Shown here piece by piece: positions 24,505 to 34,913 of a stretch of DNA of 64,000 nucleotides; within the stretch, counting starts at the first letter, position 1, and each line of letters begins with the position of its first letter. The stretch spans positions 18,556 through 82,555 of the IMG/VR virus record IMGVR_UViG_3300036398_001591; one strand, given 5' to 3'. Origin of the DNA: a virus. The position numbers and the translations under genes were made by a program. The notes below the pieces were generated by a model that did no database searches, was not told the DNA's origin, and saw nothing but the letters and a program-made list of their open reading frames with translations.

Positions 24505-25149
24505 TTACAATTTTTTAAGAAAGGATTCGAAAATTTGTAAACTTACTTGTTCGATTTCTTTACGTGAAGCCTTACGAACTTGTTGTATTGCTTCTTGAAG
24601 ATGAACTTCGGTCCACTTACCATCTACTAACATCCATTCTTTGCCCTCCATAATTCCCTGTACAAATGCACCAGGTGCAGAAGGATCGGCTACAATATCT
24701 GCCGCTGTGGCAAGATAGAAATCGGGCTGCACAACGTTCACACCGTTGACCATTTTTAGAGAACCCATACCACGGGAAGACACACCTAATTGTGCGCCAC
24801 CTTCGATAAGGCTTCTTGCAATGTTACCCATAGGTGTATCAAGTATCTTTGCTTTACCAACCCACTGGTTACCATCTTCACGGAGACCAGTAATCATGTG
24901 AGACACACGATCTAAATTGATTGTTGGAGAATCAGGATGACCTAATTCACCAAAAGCACGATTCTTATTGATATAATCTTCGGTGTATCTGTGAACTTCT
25001 TTACGTAGTGTATTGAATTCGTAGATACGACCGTTTTTGTTTTTCTTTTCGGCAACAAGGAATGGTCCTTCAATATGAAGAACTTTTTTACCATCAGCTT
25101 CTTCCGTAAGATAGCTGACTGTTTCGGTAATTTCTTTAATAAGTTTCAT
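24505..25149 (-). CDS. gp21: Prohead protease
   Basis: GELGHP, GVSSRGMGS and DIVADPSAP. Confidence 0.96.
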   Translation of the reverse strand: MKLIKEITETVSYLTEEADGKKVLHIEGPFLVAEKKNKNGRIYEFNTLRKEVHRYTEDYINKNRAFGELGHPDSPTINLDRVSHMITGLREDGNQWVGKAKILDTPMGNIARSLIEGGAQLGVSSRGMGSLKMVNGVNVVQPDFYLATAADIVADPSAPGAFVQGIMEGKEWMLVDGKWTEVHLQEAIQQVRKASRKEIEQVSLQIFESFLKKL

Positions 25150-25556
25150 CTTACACCCATTGCCTTTCGTTTTCTTAACGATATTTTTCTTTTTCGTAAG
25201 ATTTGATTTTTCTTACTTCTAAGTTTAATTTTTGCCCTACGTGCCCCCATCTTACGATGACGCCGTTCCTGTGCAGACATTCTTACGACTTTGCCTCCAC
25301 GTATTGTATATCCCGGTACAGTTGAAAATTTCTTTGCCCTCTGTACTTTGCCAGCACGTATACGTACACGTACTAACTTTGTTCTGCCCATTTTTAAGAT
25401 GTTTGCTTCATCCAAGCCTAATTTCTCGGCTTCTTCTACAACTATTCGTTGTTTAATTATTTCTAATTTTTGTTCGAATAGTTCTTTAATTCTTTCGTCT
25501 ATTAACTTTCTGGCTTCATTTAAGTTACCAGAAAGAAAACTATCAACAAGTGACAT
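25146..25556 (-). CDS. Basic prohead core/internal protein (gp68 position)
   Basis: Acidic N-terminus, K/R-rich C-terminus; located directly upstream of gp21. Confidence 0.7.
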   Translation of the reverse strand: MSLVDSFLSGNLNEARKLIDERIKELFEQKLEIIKQRIVVEEAEKLGLDEANILKMGRTKLVRVRIRAGKVQRAKKFSTVPGYTIRGGKVVRMSAQERRHRKMGARRAKIKLRSKKNQILRKRKISLRKRKAMGVR

Positions 25557-26089
25557 TATGGTCTCAAACCGTAATTGCCGAAGTTGAATGCCGCAGGATC
25601 ATTGAACTGACCACGCTGATAATGTGCATTGTCTTTACGTAGTTCCAAAATAATTGTATAACTATCTCCGTTACCCATGCCTCTTGTTATGATACCAATG
25701 TTACCATTTGAGCCTGCCGCACCTGCTGTTGGATTTGGAATTGTAATCCAATTACCAGCACCATCATACTCACCATTGGCATTCAAATAGAATATAGTAT
25801 TTGATGCTGTTGCAGACCAAAACAATTCTACGTCTGTATTAGCATTACCTGGTGTATCATACCACATTCTATTTACAGCTAACCCGTAATATGGAAGTGT
25901 TGTGTTTGCAGAACCGCCTTGTGAGTTAGCTACAAGGAAACCGTTTGTTGCTAAAGCACCAGATAGTGTGTTAGCTGTAATTCTTGATGTGTTAGATTCT
26001 TGACCGCTACCATCAAATCTAGCTGTCAGTTTAATCACAGCATGTTGTGTGTCATCTTTTAGTACGTTAATTCCATATACGTTTGGCAT
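25556..26089 (-). CDS. Conserved virion-associated hypothetical protein
   Basis: SYTIILELRK motif; in the head gene cluster. Confidence 0.75.
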   Translation of the reverse strand: MPNVYGINVLKDDTQHAVIKLTARFDGSGQESNTSRITANTLSGALATNGFLVANSQGGSANTTLPYYGLAVNRMWYDTPGNANTDVELFWSATASNTIFYLNANGEYDGAGNWITIPNPTAGAAGSNGNIGIITRGMGNGDSYTIILELRKDNAHYQRGQFNDPAAFNFGNYGLRP

Positions 26090-26091
26090 TT

Positions 26092-26799
26092 TTAATCCTT
26101 AGAAAACTTTGCGATAGTTTGAAAATGTTTTGCGGAGGCTTCCAACATATCCAACATCTTTGCTTTATTGGCCTCATTAATTTTTTTGTGTAACTCTATC
26201 ATTTGTTTTGCCATTTGAGGAGTTACCTCTGATGTAGAACCGTCTATATGCTCTACAACAATGGATTTTTTACTTTCATTTACCTGTTTAACCTTATCAA
26301 AAACAGTTTCTTCATTAGCCGACCATTGCATATCTTCATATGGAACAGTAACATACTTGTTAATTTTATCCACGTAATAGAGTGCAACCCGTTGACCATT
26401 TGGAAATTGGCGCACAGATTTTCTACGCATAATTAAAACGGCAGGTGGATCCAATTCACGTGATAAGGAATTTTTACCTTCCATAACTGGAGTAGAAGTT
26501 GCCACTAAAGCGGAATTGTTTTTTAACTTAGAGAGAACCGGATCGTGTGCATTTATTTCATGGCCAGCCGCATGTAATCGTTGAACATCATTAAGTTTCT
26601 CCATAATTGGAGCAAGATATTCTGGATGATGTGCATGAAACATAATATGTGCCGCATAATCACCAAGGTCAACAGTACCACGTTTCTGAATATCTAAATG
26701 ATGGTGCAATTCTGTCGGCGACAGTACACCATCTCCATTTTCATCTGGAGAACCGTCTTCTTTAATTTCTCTCTGAAGAAAATCTTTTAGACTTTTCAT
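26092..26799 (-). CDS. Prohead-region protein with an EF-hand-like loop
   Basis: MKSLKDFL start, DENGDGVLSPTEL loop, DPPAVLIMRRK motif. Confidence 0.75.
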   Translation of the reverse strand: MKSLKDFLQREIKEDGSPDENGDGVLSPTELHHHLDIQKRGTVDLGDYAAHIMFHAHHPEYLAPIMEKLNDVQRLHAAGHEINAHDPVLSKLKNNSALVATSTPVMEGKNSLSRELDPPAVLIMRRKSVRQFPNGQRVALYYVDKINKYVTVPYEDMQWSANEETVFDKVKQVNESKKSIVVEHIDGSTSEVTPQMAKQMIELHKKINEANKAKMLDMLEASAKHFQTIAKFSKD

Positions 26800-26975
26800 T
26801 CTTCCGTTTCAGTTTCAGGTTGATGTTGTGCAATTAAATTTTGTGCAATAACTTGTTTTCTTTGCTCAATAGCGGCAAAGATTTTATCATTGATTTCATT
26901 GTATAGTGCATCACGCATCTGTGTTGCGTTATCTGTAAATGCATTGTCAACTACTGCTCTAAGATTATCATTCAT
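26796..26975 (-). CDS. Small prohead core protein (gp67 position)
   Basis: Short helical ORF directly after the portal gene. Confidence 0.65.
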   Translation of the reverse strand: MNDNLRAVVDNAFTDNATQMRDALYNEINDKIFAAIEQRKQVIAQNLIAQHQPETETEE

Positions 26976-27001
26976 ATTATTCTCCATTAAACATCAAATA
27001 T

Positions 27002-28693
27002 TTATAACACTCTCTGAAGCATACGCATCGCAGGTGTATACTCATTATTTAAGCTAAGGTCTCCCCTAGGTGTCTGTGCGTTATCTTGTGGTGATGGATT
27101 TGGAGCAGGTACTGGTGCACCACCTCCGCCGCCACCTGCACCGCCGGCGCCATCTGGATTCATCAACTCTTGTTGGCCTTGCTGTGCAATTTGCATTGGA
27201 TCCATAATTAGACCGGCTGCTTTTTCTTTATCAATTTGTTTCTGCATCTCTTTAATATCATCGTCAGATAGACGTAGAACATTACGTTGAATCCATTCCA
27301 TAGAATAGTATCGACCAACATATGGATCAACTGAACCAAGAAGTGATAGACGTTCACGCACCAATTCTGCTTCTTTAAGTTCGGCAAAATTATTGTCTTT
27401 TATGAAATCATAATAAATATTTTCTTTGAACTCATCGAATTCTTCTGCCGTACAAATACCTTTAAGTACACACTGAACTCTTAGTGCTTGGTCGAAAATT
27501 TCGGAAAACTTTTGACGTTGACGATCTACAAATTTTGAAAATTTAACTTCGTCACGTGATATTTCACCAACACGACCTAGTGAGAATCCAGATTGGTTTG
27601 GATCTAAACGTGAAACTGGAACGTTCAATGATTTGTATAGCTTCTTTTCGAAATACTTTACGTCTTCCAATTCACCAAGGTTTTGACCACCTGGTAATGT
27701 TGTGATTTCGGTACCTTTACCGCCTTCACGGCGAGGTAGCCAGAAATCTTCCATCATAGAAAGATGTTTACGGTCATCACGTACTTCACCGGTCTGTGCA
27801 TCATACACTAACTTGTTTTTGTACTTGACCATGATATCACGGAGATATTGTTCTGCTTTTAATTTAGGTAAATTACCTACGTCAATGTAGAAAATTCTAC
27901 GTTCAGGCGCACGTGAGATACGGTAGATAACCGTTGCATCTTCAATCATGCGGAGTTGGTTAAGTGGTTTAATTGCCTTGTGCAAGTATGATAGAACAAC
28001 TGCACGGCGAGAATCCATTAAACCAGAATTAACGTTAATGATTGCGTCTTTAGCAATACGAACACCAACTGGACCGTAACTGGAAGAAGAACCTGATGTT
28101 ACTTTATCGTTATAGATGTAGTATTCGTTGACCGTTTGTACTACGTCAACTGATGTTCCCGTGTCTTTATCTTTTTTAATTTCACGCACTTTGCGAATCT
28201 TACGTGGATCAATATAACGCAGTGCTTTGATACCTTGTGTTGGGTTTTCTTCGTCTAAAATAACATGATAAAATATTCGTCCATCAACATAGAATCTACG
28301 GAAAGTATCTGTAGCCATGTTTTGGTAATTTAACAATCGTAGAACAATACTGAATTCTTCTTCAATTGCTTTTTTAATTTTTTCAGGTTGTTTCAAATCA
28401 TCCATAATAATACGAATTGATTTTCCATCATCGTTTTGAACGATTGCTTCGTTGATAATATCATCGATAGCCGATTCAATTTCTGGTTGCATTGCCATTT
28501 CACGATAGCGGGAAATCAACTCAACTTCATTTTTCGCAGTACCATCTAAGTCAACATATGTGCCATAATAAGCGGCAGAAGAAATCGTTAAAGCACCGTC
28601 TTCATTAGAAGGCGGCGCAAAGGTTTTCTCCGACTGTTGCTCAACATCAGTCTTTTGCCTGGAGATTTGAAAACCGAAAAGATTTAGTGCCAT
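27002..28693 (-). CDS. gp20: Portal protein
   Basis: RAPERRIFYIDVGNLP and EDFWLPRREGGKGTEITTLPGG. Confidence 0.98.
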   Translation of the reverse strand: MALNLFGFQISRQKTDVEQQSEKTFAPPSNEDGALTISSAAYYGTYVDLDGTAKNEVELISRYREMAMQPEIESAIDDIINEAIVQNDDGKSIRIIMDDLKQPEKIKKAIEEEFSIVLRLLNYQNMATDTFRRFYVDGRIFYHVILDEENPTQGIKALRYIDPRKIRKVREIKKDKDTGTSVDVVQTVNEYYIYNDKVTSGSSSSYGPVGVRIAKDAIINVNSGLMDSRRAVVLSYLHKAIKPLNQLRMIEDATVIYRISRAPERRIFYIDVGNLPKLKAEQYLRDIMVKYKNKLVYDAQTGEVRDDRKHLSMMEDFWLPRREGGKGTEITTLPGGQNLGELEDVKYFEKKLYKSLNVPVSRLDPNQSGFSLGRVGEISRDEVKFSKFVDRQRQKFSEIFDQALRVQCVLKGICTAEEFDEFKENIYYDFIKDNNFAELKEAELVRERLSLLGSVDPYVGRYYSMEWIQRNVLRLSDDDIKEMQKQIDKEKAAGLIMDPMQIAQQGQQELMNPDGAGGAGGGGGGAPVPAPNPSPQDNAQTPRGDLSLNNEYTPAMRMLQRVL

Positions 28694-28752
28694 ATTAGTT
28701 TAGTTCCAATTCAAATAAACATGAGGGGGGAAATTAATCCCCCCATATATAA

Positions 28753-29295
28753 TTAAGATGTAGTGTCTGATTCCCACCACTGATATGCTAGGGTTGCTGA
28801 AAATTCTTCGATAGTATCGTTAGAACCCCAATCCAAATCAATAGGCGATAAATCAACAGGGAAAGCACCAACAAATTTGTAAGTCTTCAAAATATTACCA
28901 GACTTATCATATTGGTCTACTTTAGCATCAACAGAATATCCAGAAGGTGAGCCTGCTGCCGCATTACGTAAATTTCCACCATGTGAATTAATACCATTCA
29001 TCCACGATTCGAAAGCCTTACGGACTTTGAAGTTTTCATCATTGATAATTGTGATTGTCCAGTCAGCAAAGTTTCGGTTTCCAACAAACTTTAACTCACG
29101 ACCAAAGTAATAAAGTGGAACAGTACCAACAGTTGAACCTGGCAATTGTGCAGTCTTGCAAAGGAATGTTAGTGCTTGTCCAGAATTTACTGGGTCGTTA
29201 GCAAAAGTTGGGAAAGTCATTGTGACTTGGAACAGATTAGGACGAGCACCATCTCCGATGAGATTTGCACGAAACTCTGTTACGTTAAAAGCCAT
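28753..29295 (-). CDS. gp19: Tail tube protein
   Basis: GARPNLFQV, WTITIINDENF and IEEF. Confidence 0.95.
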   Translation of the reverse strand: MAFNVTEFRANLIGDGARPNLFQVTMTFPTFANDPVNSGQALTFLCKTAQLPGSTVGTVPLYYFGRELKFVGNRNFADWTITIINDENFKVRKAFESWMNGINSHGGNLRNAAAGSPSGYSVDAKVDQYDKSGNILKTYKFVGAFPVDLSPIDLDWGSNDTIEEFSATLAYQWWESDTTS

Positions 29296-29321
29296 TGTTT
29301 TCTCCTATTTCTTATTATTTA

Positions 29322-31055
29322 TTACACAGCACCAACGATTTCATTGAAACTTACACCAGTGCGTACAGCAACAAAGTTCAACTGAATGTAGTTGACAGAA
29401 CGTGCTGGTTTGATGTAAATATCTCCAATAAATCTATTGGCATCGATAACCTCAGGAGTATTATTTGTTGTATCGCAAACAACACGATAGTCATAGATAC
29501 CACGGCGACCTTTAACGTCACGTAGGAATGGTTCAACCAGAGCAATAAATTGAGCACGTGTAAATTCATCGTTCAATTCGAACAATGCATATTTGGATGC
29601 AGTTGCAATAGCTTTTTCTAGAACAATAAACAATCTGCGAACGTTAATACGGCTGAATGCCGAAGGTTGTGTTACCAAAGTCTTATCGCCATATAACATG
29701 GTTCCTTGACCAGGGAAAGATACAACTGGATTTACACCAACTGAATAAATGGTATCACGTTGTGCTTCTGTTGGATTCCATGCCAACTTAACAACGTTCT
29801 TAATTGCACCACGATTTACACCTGCTGGAGAGAACCAAGGGTCACGTGTTTGATCTGTACGTACACATAGACCAGCAATATCACCGTTCAATGGAATCCA
29901 ACGATATACGTTGTTGTACTTGTCAAATTGATATTTCCAACCAGAATCTGCAACGGCATATGTAGATGCACGGGATAGTGTTGAAACCCAAGAAGTAATA
30001 GCAGTATCGGGCGTTGCACCACCAACAATACCAGCTTGTGGAGGAGACAAGAATGCTACACAATCTTTACGTGCGGCAGCAATTGAATCAATTGCATATT
30101 GTTGCACTGTGGTAAAAGAAGAAGCACCTCCAGCGTCACCCGTAACAATTAAAGAAATGTCAACAACATCCGGATTTGTAAACTCATTATAAGCTGTTGT
30201 ATAGTCGGCGGCTGTTACCGCTAAGTCTGAACCATTCACCAAAGAAACGGTTGAGCCAACGTTAGCTGTTGCCATAAAACAACCACCAAATTGTGTATTA
30301 GCAGTTTGACCCCATGTACCAGATGTGTTTGCTTGGTCAACTGGACCTAATGCATAGATATATTTTGATTGTTCACGCAAAACTGTTCTGTAGTATGAAG
30401 TTGAACCGTCATCATTCGTAGCATCAGATGCTTTTGAAAGATATGGGAAAACTTCTAAAACAGTACCTTTTGCACCTTGGCTAAACAAACCATCTTCATC
30501 TACAACAACCAAGTGAATTTGATCGTTTGTACCACCAGAAGTAGAAACATAAGTTGATGTACTTGGTGCCGCAGGAAAATATGATTTATATGTCCAAGAA
30601 GTAAATGATGAACCGCCGGCCGCGGCGTTAGAAGTGTTTGAATCCCAAACAGAAACTCTCAATGAGTTCCCTAGGGCACCAGGATAACGAGCAACAAAAG
30701 ATTGTCCCAATGTATCTGAAAGGTATGCAGAATCATATACGTCATTATTTTTAATTGTAAAAACAGTGGCGTTTGCACCAGCATTTGTTGATGAATTGTT
30801 TGCCGCACGTACAACTTGAAGATTATTTCCATAAGCTAAGAAGTTAGCCGCTGAAAAGAATGAAGTCGCAGTATTGCCGTTTGGTTGCCCAAACCTGTTA
30901 ACTAAATCTGTTTCGTGTGATACGAGTGTTCTTTTTTCCACTGGTCCCCATTGAAATGGTCCAGCGAATGCACCGGCTGTAGTAGATACCGCTGGAACAA
31001 CTGTTGTTAAGTCGACCTCGGATACATTTACGCCTGGAGAAATTTGAAACGCCAT
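29322..31055 (-). CDS. gp18: Tail sheath protein
   Basis: SPGVNVSEVD, PWFSPAG, RINVRRLF and IKPARSVNYI. Confidence 0.97.
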   Translation of the reverse strand: MAFQISPGVNVSEVDLTTVVPAVSTTAGAFAGPFQWGPVEKRTLVSHETDLVNRFGQPNGNTATSFFSAANFLAYGNNLQVVRAANNSSTNAGANATVFTIKNNDVYDSAYLSDTLGQSFVARYPGALGNSLRVSVWDSNTSNAAAGGSSFTSWTYKSYFPAAPSTSTYVSTSGGTNDQIHLVVVDEDGLFSQGAKGTVLEVFPYLSKASDATNDDGSTSYYRTVLREQSKYIYALGPVDQANTSGTWGQTANTQFGGCFMATANVGSTVSLVNGSDLAVTAADYTTAYNEFTNPDVVDISLIVTGDAGGASSFTTVQQYAIDSIAAARKDCVAFLSPPQAGIVGGATPDTAITSWVSTLSRASTYAVADSGWKYQFDKYNNVYRWIPLNGDIAGLCVRTDQTRDPWFSPAGVNRGAIKNVVKLAWNPTEAQRDTIYSVGVNPVVSFPGQGTMLYGDKTLVTQPSAFSRINVRRLFIVLEKAIATASKYALFELNDEFTRAQFIALVEPFLRDVKGRRGIYDYRVVCDTTNNTPEVIDANRFIGDIYIKPARSVNYIQLNFVAVRTGVSFNEIVGAV

Positions 31056-31130
31056 TTTACTCTCCTTGTTTTTATAATGTTATTTGGCAGTAATAACCTA
31101 TAATATATTTATGAATTGATGGTTTTATAG

Positions 31131-32798
31131 TTAGCTCATAAAGAAGCTAGAAAGACCTTTATCTTCTTCTTTTGTCATCCAAACGTCACCACCCTCTACA
31201 ATGTAATTCTTATCAGTACCATCATCAAAAATACCAAAAGATGGCATTTCTTCGTCTGATTGATTCAACATTTCTAACTGCATTTGTTTTCTTAAATCAT
31301 GATTAACAATCTCTTTGAAATACTGTTGAGTTGTCATCCATGCAAACATAACCAGTGTCATCACAATATCGTCATTTGCACCTTCTTCTGCCTTAAAACT
31401 ATTGAGAGATGACACAAAAGTTGTTAGCTGAGAGATGGTATCAAAATCGTTAATAATTAATTTATCATTTTCTATCAAAGTCTTAAGGTTGGAACAACCA
31501 ATCCTCTTGACTTGTGGTGACATTTTTAGTCCAAGCTGAATGCCACGACCAAAACCTGTACCCATTGCTTGTGCTTTTTTGTTACCGGTTTCAATCTTCA
31601 CTACGTTTTCATATTCAAGGTCCTGATGCAAAGTATCAGCAATCTGTGGTGTGTTATTTATCTCTATTAAAACGTATGCATCGTTGAACAGTTTAGCTGT
31701 ATTGTAGATGACAGTTGGAAATAAAACAGGAGAAATCGATGAAGAATTGTACTTGGCAACCTGTTTATATGGTATTGAAGACACATCAAATACTGTGAAA
31801 CTGGAAGCATCCAGATTTCTACCTTCGGCTGGGTCAACCGTAATTGCATAGATGTGGTCAGCCGAACGTTCATCATCACCTTTAACTGGATATTCATAAA
31901 TGTCCAGCATTTCATGTTTGGCAATTGGTTCTTTATAAACCAACTGTGCAAGTTTAGAACCAGAAATAAGCGTATTGGTAGAACCCAAGAACTCACATTC
32001 AAACTCCTGACGGAACTGTTCTTCAGAAGTGTTCTTAATTGTTTCTTCTTTCCACTTTTCATCACGACCTGGAACCATAGACCAGTGAATCTCAAAAGTC
32101 TTGTATCCGTTCTTCTTACCAATGGCATCCATCCAGAGTTTGTAGAATAGATTCATGCCGTTAGGTGTAGAAACGATAATAATTTTGGTGGTCTTACCAG
32201 ATGAGATAACTGGGTAAACAGAGTTAAAGAATTCGTTGGCAATGTTGGCTGGAACGAACGCAAATTCGTCCAAGAATACTACGTTGAAAGAACCTCCACG
32301 AACAGCAGAACTTGATGTAGATGCCGCAATAATTTTAGAACCATTTTCTAGTTCAACGTTACCTTTATTCCATGTCACAACACCTTGTTGTAGCCATATA
32401 GGTAAGTTTTCATAAGCAAGTTGGTACTTAGCAAGAATATCACGTGCTAGTGACCCTTTGTTGGCTAGAACTGCTATGTTTTGTGAGTCTGAAAATAGTG
32501 TGAGCCAAAGGAGATAAGCAACTGATGTGGTAGTTTTACCGACTTGACGAGGACATTTCGTGATTGAAAACCGATTCTCATGGTATGTTTGAATCATTTC
32601 CTTTTGGAAATCCCACATACGAAACGGCATAAGACCTTCATCAACGTTTACAATCTTAATGTATTTCATTGCAAAATACACCGGGTCTTTAGCACATATT
32701 ATATACTCATCAACTTCTTCTTGTGTATAAGCGTGTTCAACCCCTGCTTTTTTCAGTAAAGGATTATCACGATAAGAATCTTTATTATTAATCGGCAT
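31131..32798 (-). CDS. gp17: Terminase large subunit
   Basis: PRQVGKTT, LDEFAFV, STPNG and QEFECEFLGS. Confidence 0.97.
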   Translation of the reverse strand: MPINNKDSYRDNPLLKKAGVEHAYTQEEVDEYIICAKDPVYFAMKYIKIVNVDEGLMPFRMWDFQKEMIQTYHENRFSITKCPRQVGKTTTSVAYLLWLTLFSDSQNIAVLANKGSLARDILAKYQLAYENLPIWLQQGVVTWNKGNVELENGSKIIAASTSSSAVRGGSFNVVFLDEFAFVPANIANEFFNSVYPVISSGKTTKIIIVSTPNGMNLFYKLWMDAIGKKNGYKTFEIHWSMVPGRDEKWKEETIKNTSEEQFRQEFECEFLGSTNTLISGSKLAQLVYKEPIAKHEMLDIYEYPVKGDDERSADHIYAITVDPAEGRNLDASSFTVFDVSSIPYKQVAKYNSSSISPVLFPTVIYNTAKLFNDAYVLIEINNTPQIADTLHQDLEYENVVKIETGNKKAQAMGTGFGRGIQLGLKMSPQVKRIGCSNLKTLIENDKLIINDFDTISQLTTFVSSLNSFKAEEGANDDIVMTLVMFAWMTTQQYFKEIVNHDLRKQMQLEMLNQSDEEMPSFGIFDDGTDKNYIVEGGDVWMTKEEDKGLSSFFMS

Positions 32799-33210
32799 TC
32801 TTTGCTTTTAATAATTTTGAAAGTTCTGAAGTTGATCCTACAAAAATAGCCTTGTCAACATTTACACCAGAATCATTCTTCTTGATGTTCTTTAGTTCCC
32901 TAATGGTCTTTTGCATAACCATTAATTTTTCGTTTGCTTCTGCTGTATTCTTAATGAGAGTGGCAACTACTTCAAACGCACGTGGATGTTCTGTTTCAGA
33001 TGCGATTGCAAGAAGGTGGTCAATTGCTTGATTGCCTTTTACTACCAATTCTTTGAGTGTCTGCCTCGATTCTTGATAATCATCATCAAGATCACCATCC
33101 AGATTTTTGGTAACCAGCGATTCAATTTTAGCTGGCAAATGTTCCGTTTTTTCGATAACAGTTGGTGTCACATCAAATATTTCTGTCATACTCTTTTCAA
33201 ATTTTGACAT
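32788..33210 (-). CDS. gp16: Terminase small subunit
   Basis: HPRAFEV and FVGSTSELSK. Confidence 0.92.
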   Translation of the reverse strand: MSKFEKSMTEIFDVTPTVIEKTEHLPAKIESLVTKNLDGDLDDDYQESRQTLKELVVKGNQAIDHLLAIASETEHPRAFEVVATLIKNTAEANEKLMVMQKTIRELKNIKKNDSGVNVDKAIFVGSTSELSKLLKAKNAD

Positions 33211-33211
33211 G

Positions 33212-33832
33212 TTATGCTATGGCGGATTTGAATAACATAAACCCTAATAATGGTTGTTCCGGTGGCGAAGGATCATTTGAGTTGTTACGAACAGTAATAA
33301 TTGCAGACCCATTTTGTGGTGTTGCCGTAATGTCATATAACGACATTGTTCCGTTACTAATGTGTGCAATATAAAGCAAATCGTTCGCTGTTATATAAGA
33401 ATTATTGAATATGAATGTGTCTGAATATTCGGCAGGAACAATAACATTAAAAAGAAGAATTCTTCCGGTTACAGCATTTAAAGTTACAGGTGTAGTTCTT
33501 GAAGTTAATTGAGTTACATAACCACCAGAACCTTGTCTATAACCAATACCTGTATTTGCAAGTGTTACGTTAGATGTAGTAATATTGCCCGTGACAGTTA
33601 GTGACCCATCTAGAGTTCCCGTTGTATTTGCGAGTGCATTATTTGCTTTATTAAAAGCGGCATTTGAAGTATTGTATGCTGAATTTGCATGTATACTAAT
33701 ATAATTTCTAAGCGTATCAACTTTAACGGAGTTTGTAACCGAAGACGCTGTGTTTGAAATTGGAATTAAAAGGTTTCCAGGCACACTGGAAATATCATTT
33801 AAATTTGTTAACTCTGAAATCTTTTTTGACAT
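33212..33832 (-). CDS. Putative virion structural protein
   Basis: MSKKISELT start; AYNTSNAAFNKAN segment resembles the fibre repeats. Confidence 0.7.
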   Translation of the reverse strand: MSKKISELTNLNDISSVPGNLLIPISNTASSVTNSVKVDTLRNYISIHANSAYNTSNAAFNKANNALANTTGTLDGSLTVTGNITTSNVTLANTGIGYRQGSGGYVTQLTSRTTPVTLNAVTGRILLFNVIVPAEYSDTFIFNNSYITANDLLYIAHISNGTMSLYDITATPQNGSAIITVRNNSNDPSPPEQPLLGFMLFKSAIA

Positions 33833-33836
33833 TTTT

Positions 33837-34913
33837 TTATTCCTTTAGAATGACTATATCTTGTCCGTCTTCTGTTTTTATATCTTCGCCGAGTTCCGTT
33901 GTAATTGGATCGGTCAAAATCATATTTGGATATTCGGTGGTCGATACTGAATATGTATAATTATTAGGCAATACAACATCAATTGGATTCGGTTCAACTT
34001 TAATGGTTACCAAATTGGTTGGTGTTACTACGAATGAAGATGGTGTCCAAGTTGCATTTGTTACCAAGCCTTTGATTGGTGTGTTTGTTACAAAGTGACC
34101 ATTTAATTCTTTTAATTCCAATTTTTTGGTGTCTTGATACCAAGAAGAAACTTTTGCTGTCGCTGTCGCCATATCATAAGAATAACCCTGATAAACTGTT
34201 TCACCAGCCTGATAAATTCCTAAACCTCCTATATTCATAACCGCAGTCGTGCTGTTATTTAACATAGAAGTGTCATCATATATATTAGTTATTGCGGTTT
34301 TGATAATTTTTGGTTGTGACACTGGACCATACAAATATCCCTTAACTGTAAAGTCTAATGTCCATATGATACTTCGAACTTTTGAATTGTAATCACCTTC
34401 GTAATCATTTTCATGTGAAACACTTTTTAAAATTATAGGCAATTGCTTAACAATACCCATTTCAGGTATTAAATTAACATTGACAGTATAATCCGGTGTA
34501 AAATAAGGAAGAATTTTCTCCATCAACTGAGCACCATCTTCGATGTTTCGCACATAAGCCACTAAAGAAAAATCAAAATCAAATGGGACAGGATTGTAAA
34601 CTGCCAAACTTGTGCCGGTGTCTCCGCTGTGGGAGGTATTTTTCATGTTCGTGTTTAGTTTACGTGCGGCATCATATGACATGTTTGTCATTTCAAACGA
34701 CATGATGGGCAAAGTTATTTGAACTTTTTTGTCTAAGTCTGGATCACCTTCCAAACGAGAAACATATTTTTCTTTTCCACCATAAACAATTGGAACCAGA
34801 AAATGTTCTTGCTCAACGCCGTTCGAATCATAACGTGCCAATTTAATTTCGTTGAAAAGATTGCCAAATGCAATAACAACTTTTCTGATTATTCTGTGGT
34901 ATGCGTAACTCAT
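33837..34913 (-). CDS. gp15: Tail sheath stabilizer/terminator
   Basis: AFGNLFN, VPIVYG, LPIMSFE and ILPYFTP. Confidence 0.93.
   Translation of the reverse strand: MSYAYHRIIRKVVIAFGNLFNEIKLARYDSNGVEQEHFLVPIVYGGKEKYVSRLEGDPDLDKKVQITLPIMSFEMTNMSYDAARKLNTNMKNTSHSGDTGTSLAVYNPVPFDFDFSLVAYVRNIEDGAQLMEKILPYFTPDYTVNVNLIPEMGIVKQLPIILKSVSHENDYEGDYNSKVRSIIWTLDFTVKGYLYGPVSQPKIIKTAITNIYDDTSMLNNSTTAVMNIGGLGIYQAGETVYQGYSYDMATATAKVSSWYQDTKKLELKELNGHFVTNTPIKGLVTNATWTPSSFVVTPTNLVTIKVEPNPIDVVLPNNYTYSVSTTEYPNMILTDPITTELGEDIKTEDGQDIVILKE

Noticed and set aside
28724-28745. G/C hairpin after gp19 as a terminator
   Set aside because: The stem is present but there is no convincing T tract, so it was left uncalled
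19282-32798. Inteins or introns in uvsW, gp20, gp23 or gp17
   Set aside because: Lengths are ordinary and motifs are contiguous
33826-33845. Programmed frameshift fusing gp15 to the next gene at the A-run
   Set aside because: The A-run follows the stop codon and the next ATG has its own AAGGA RBS
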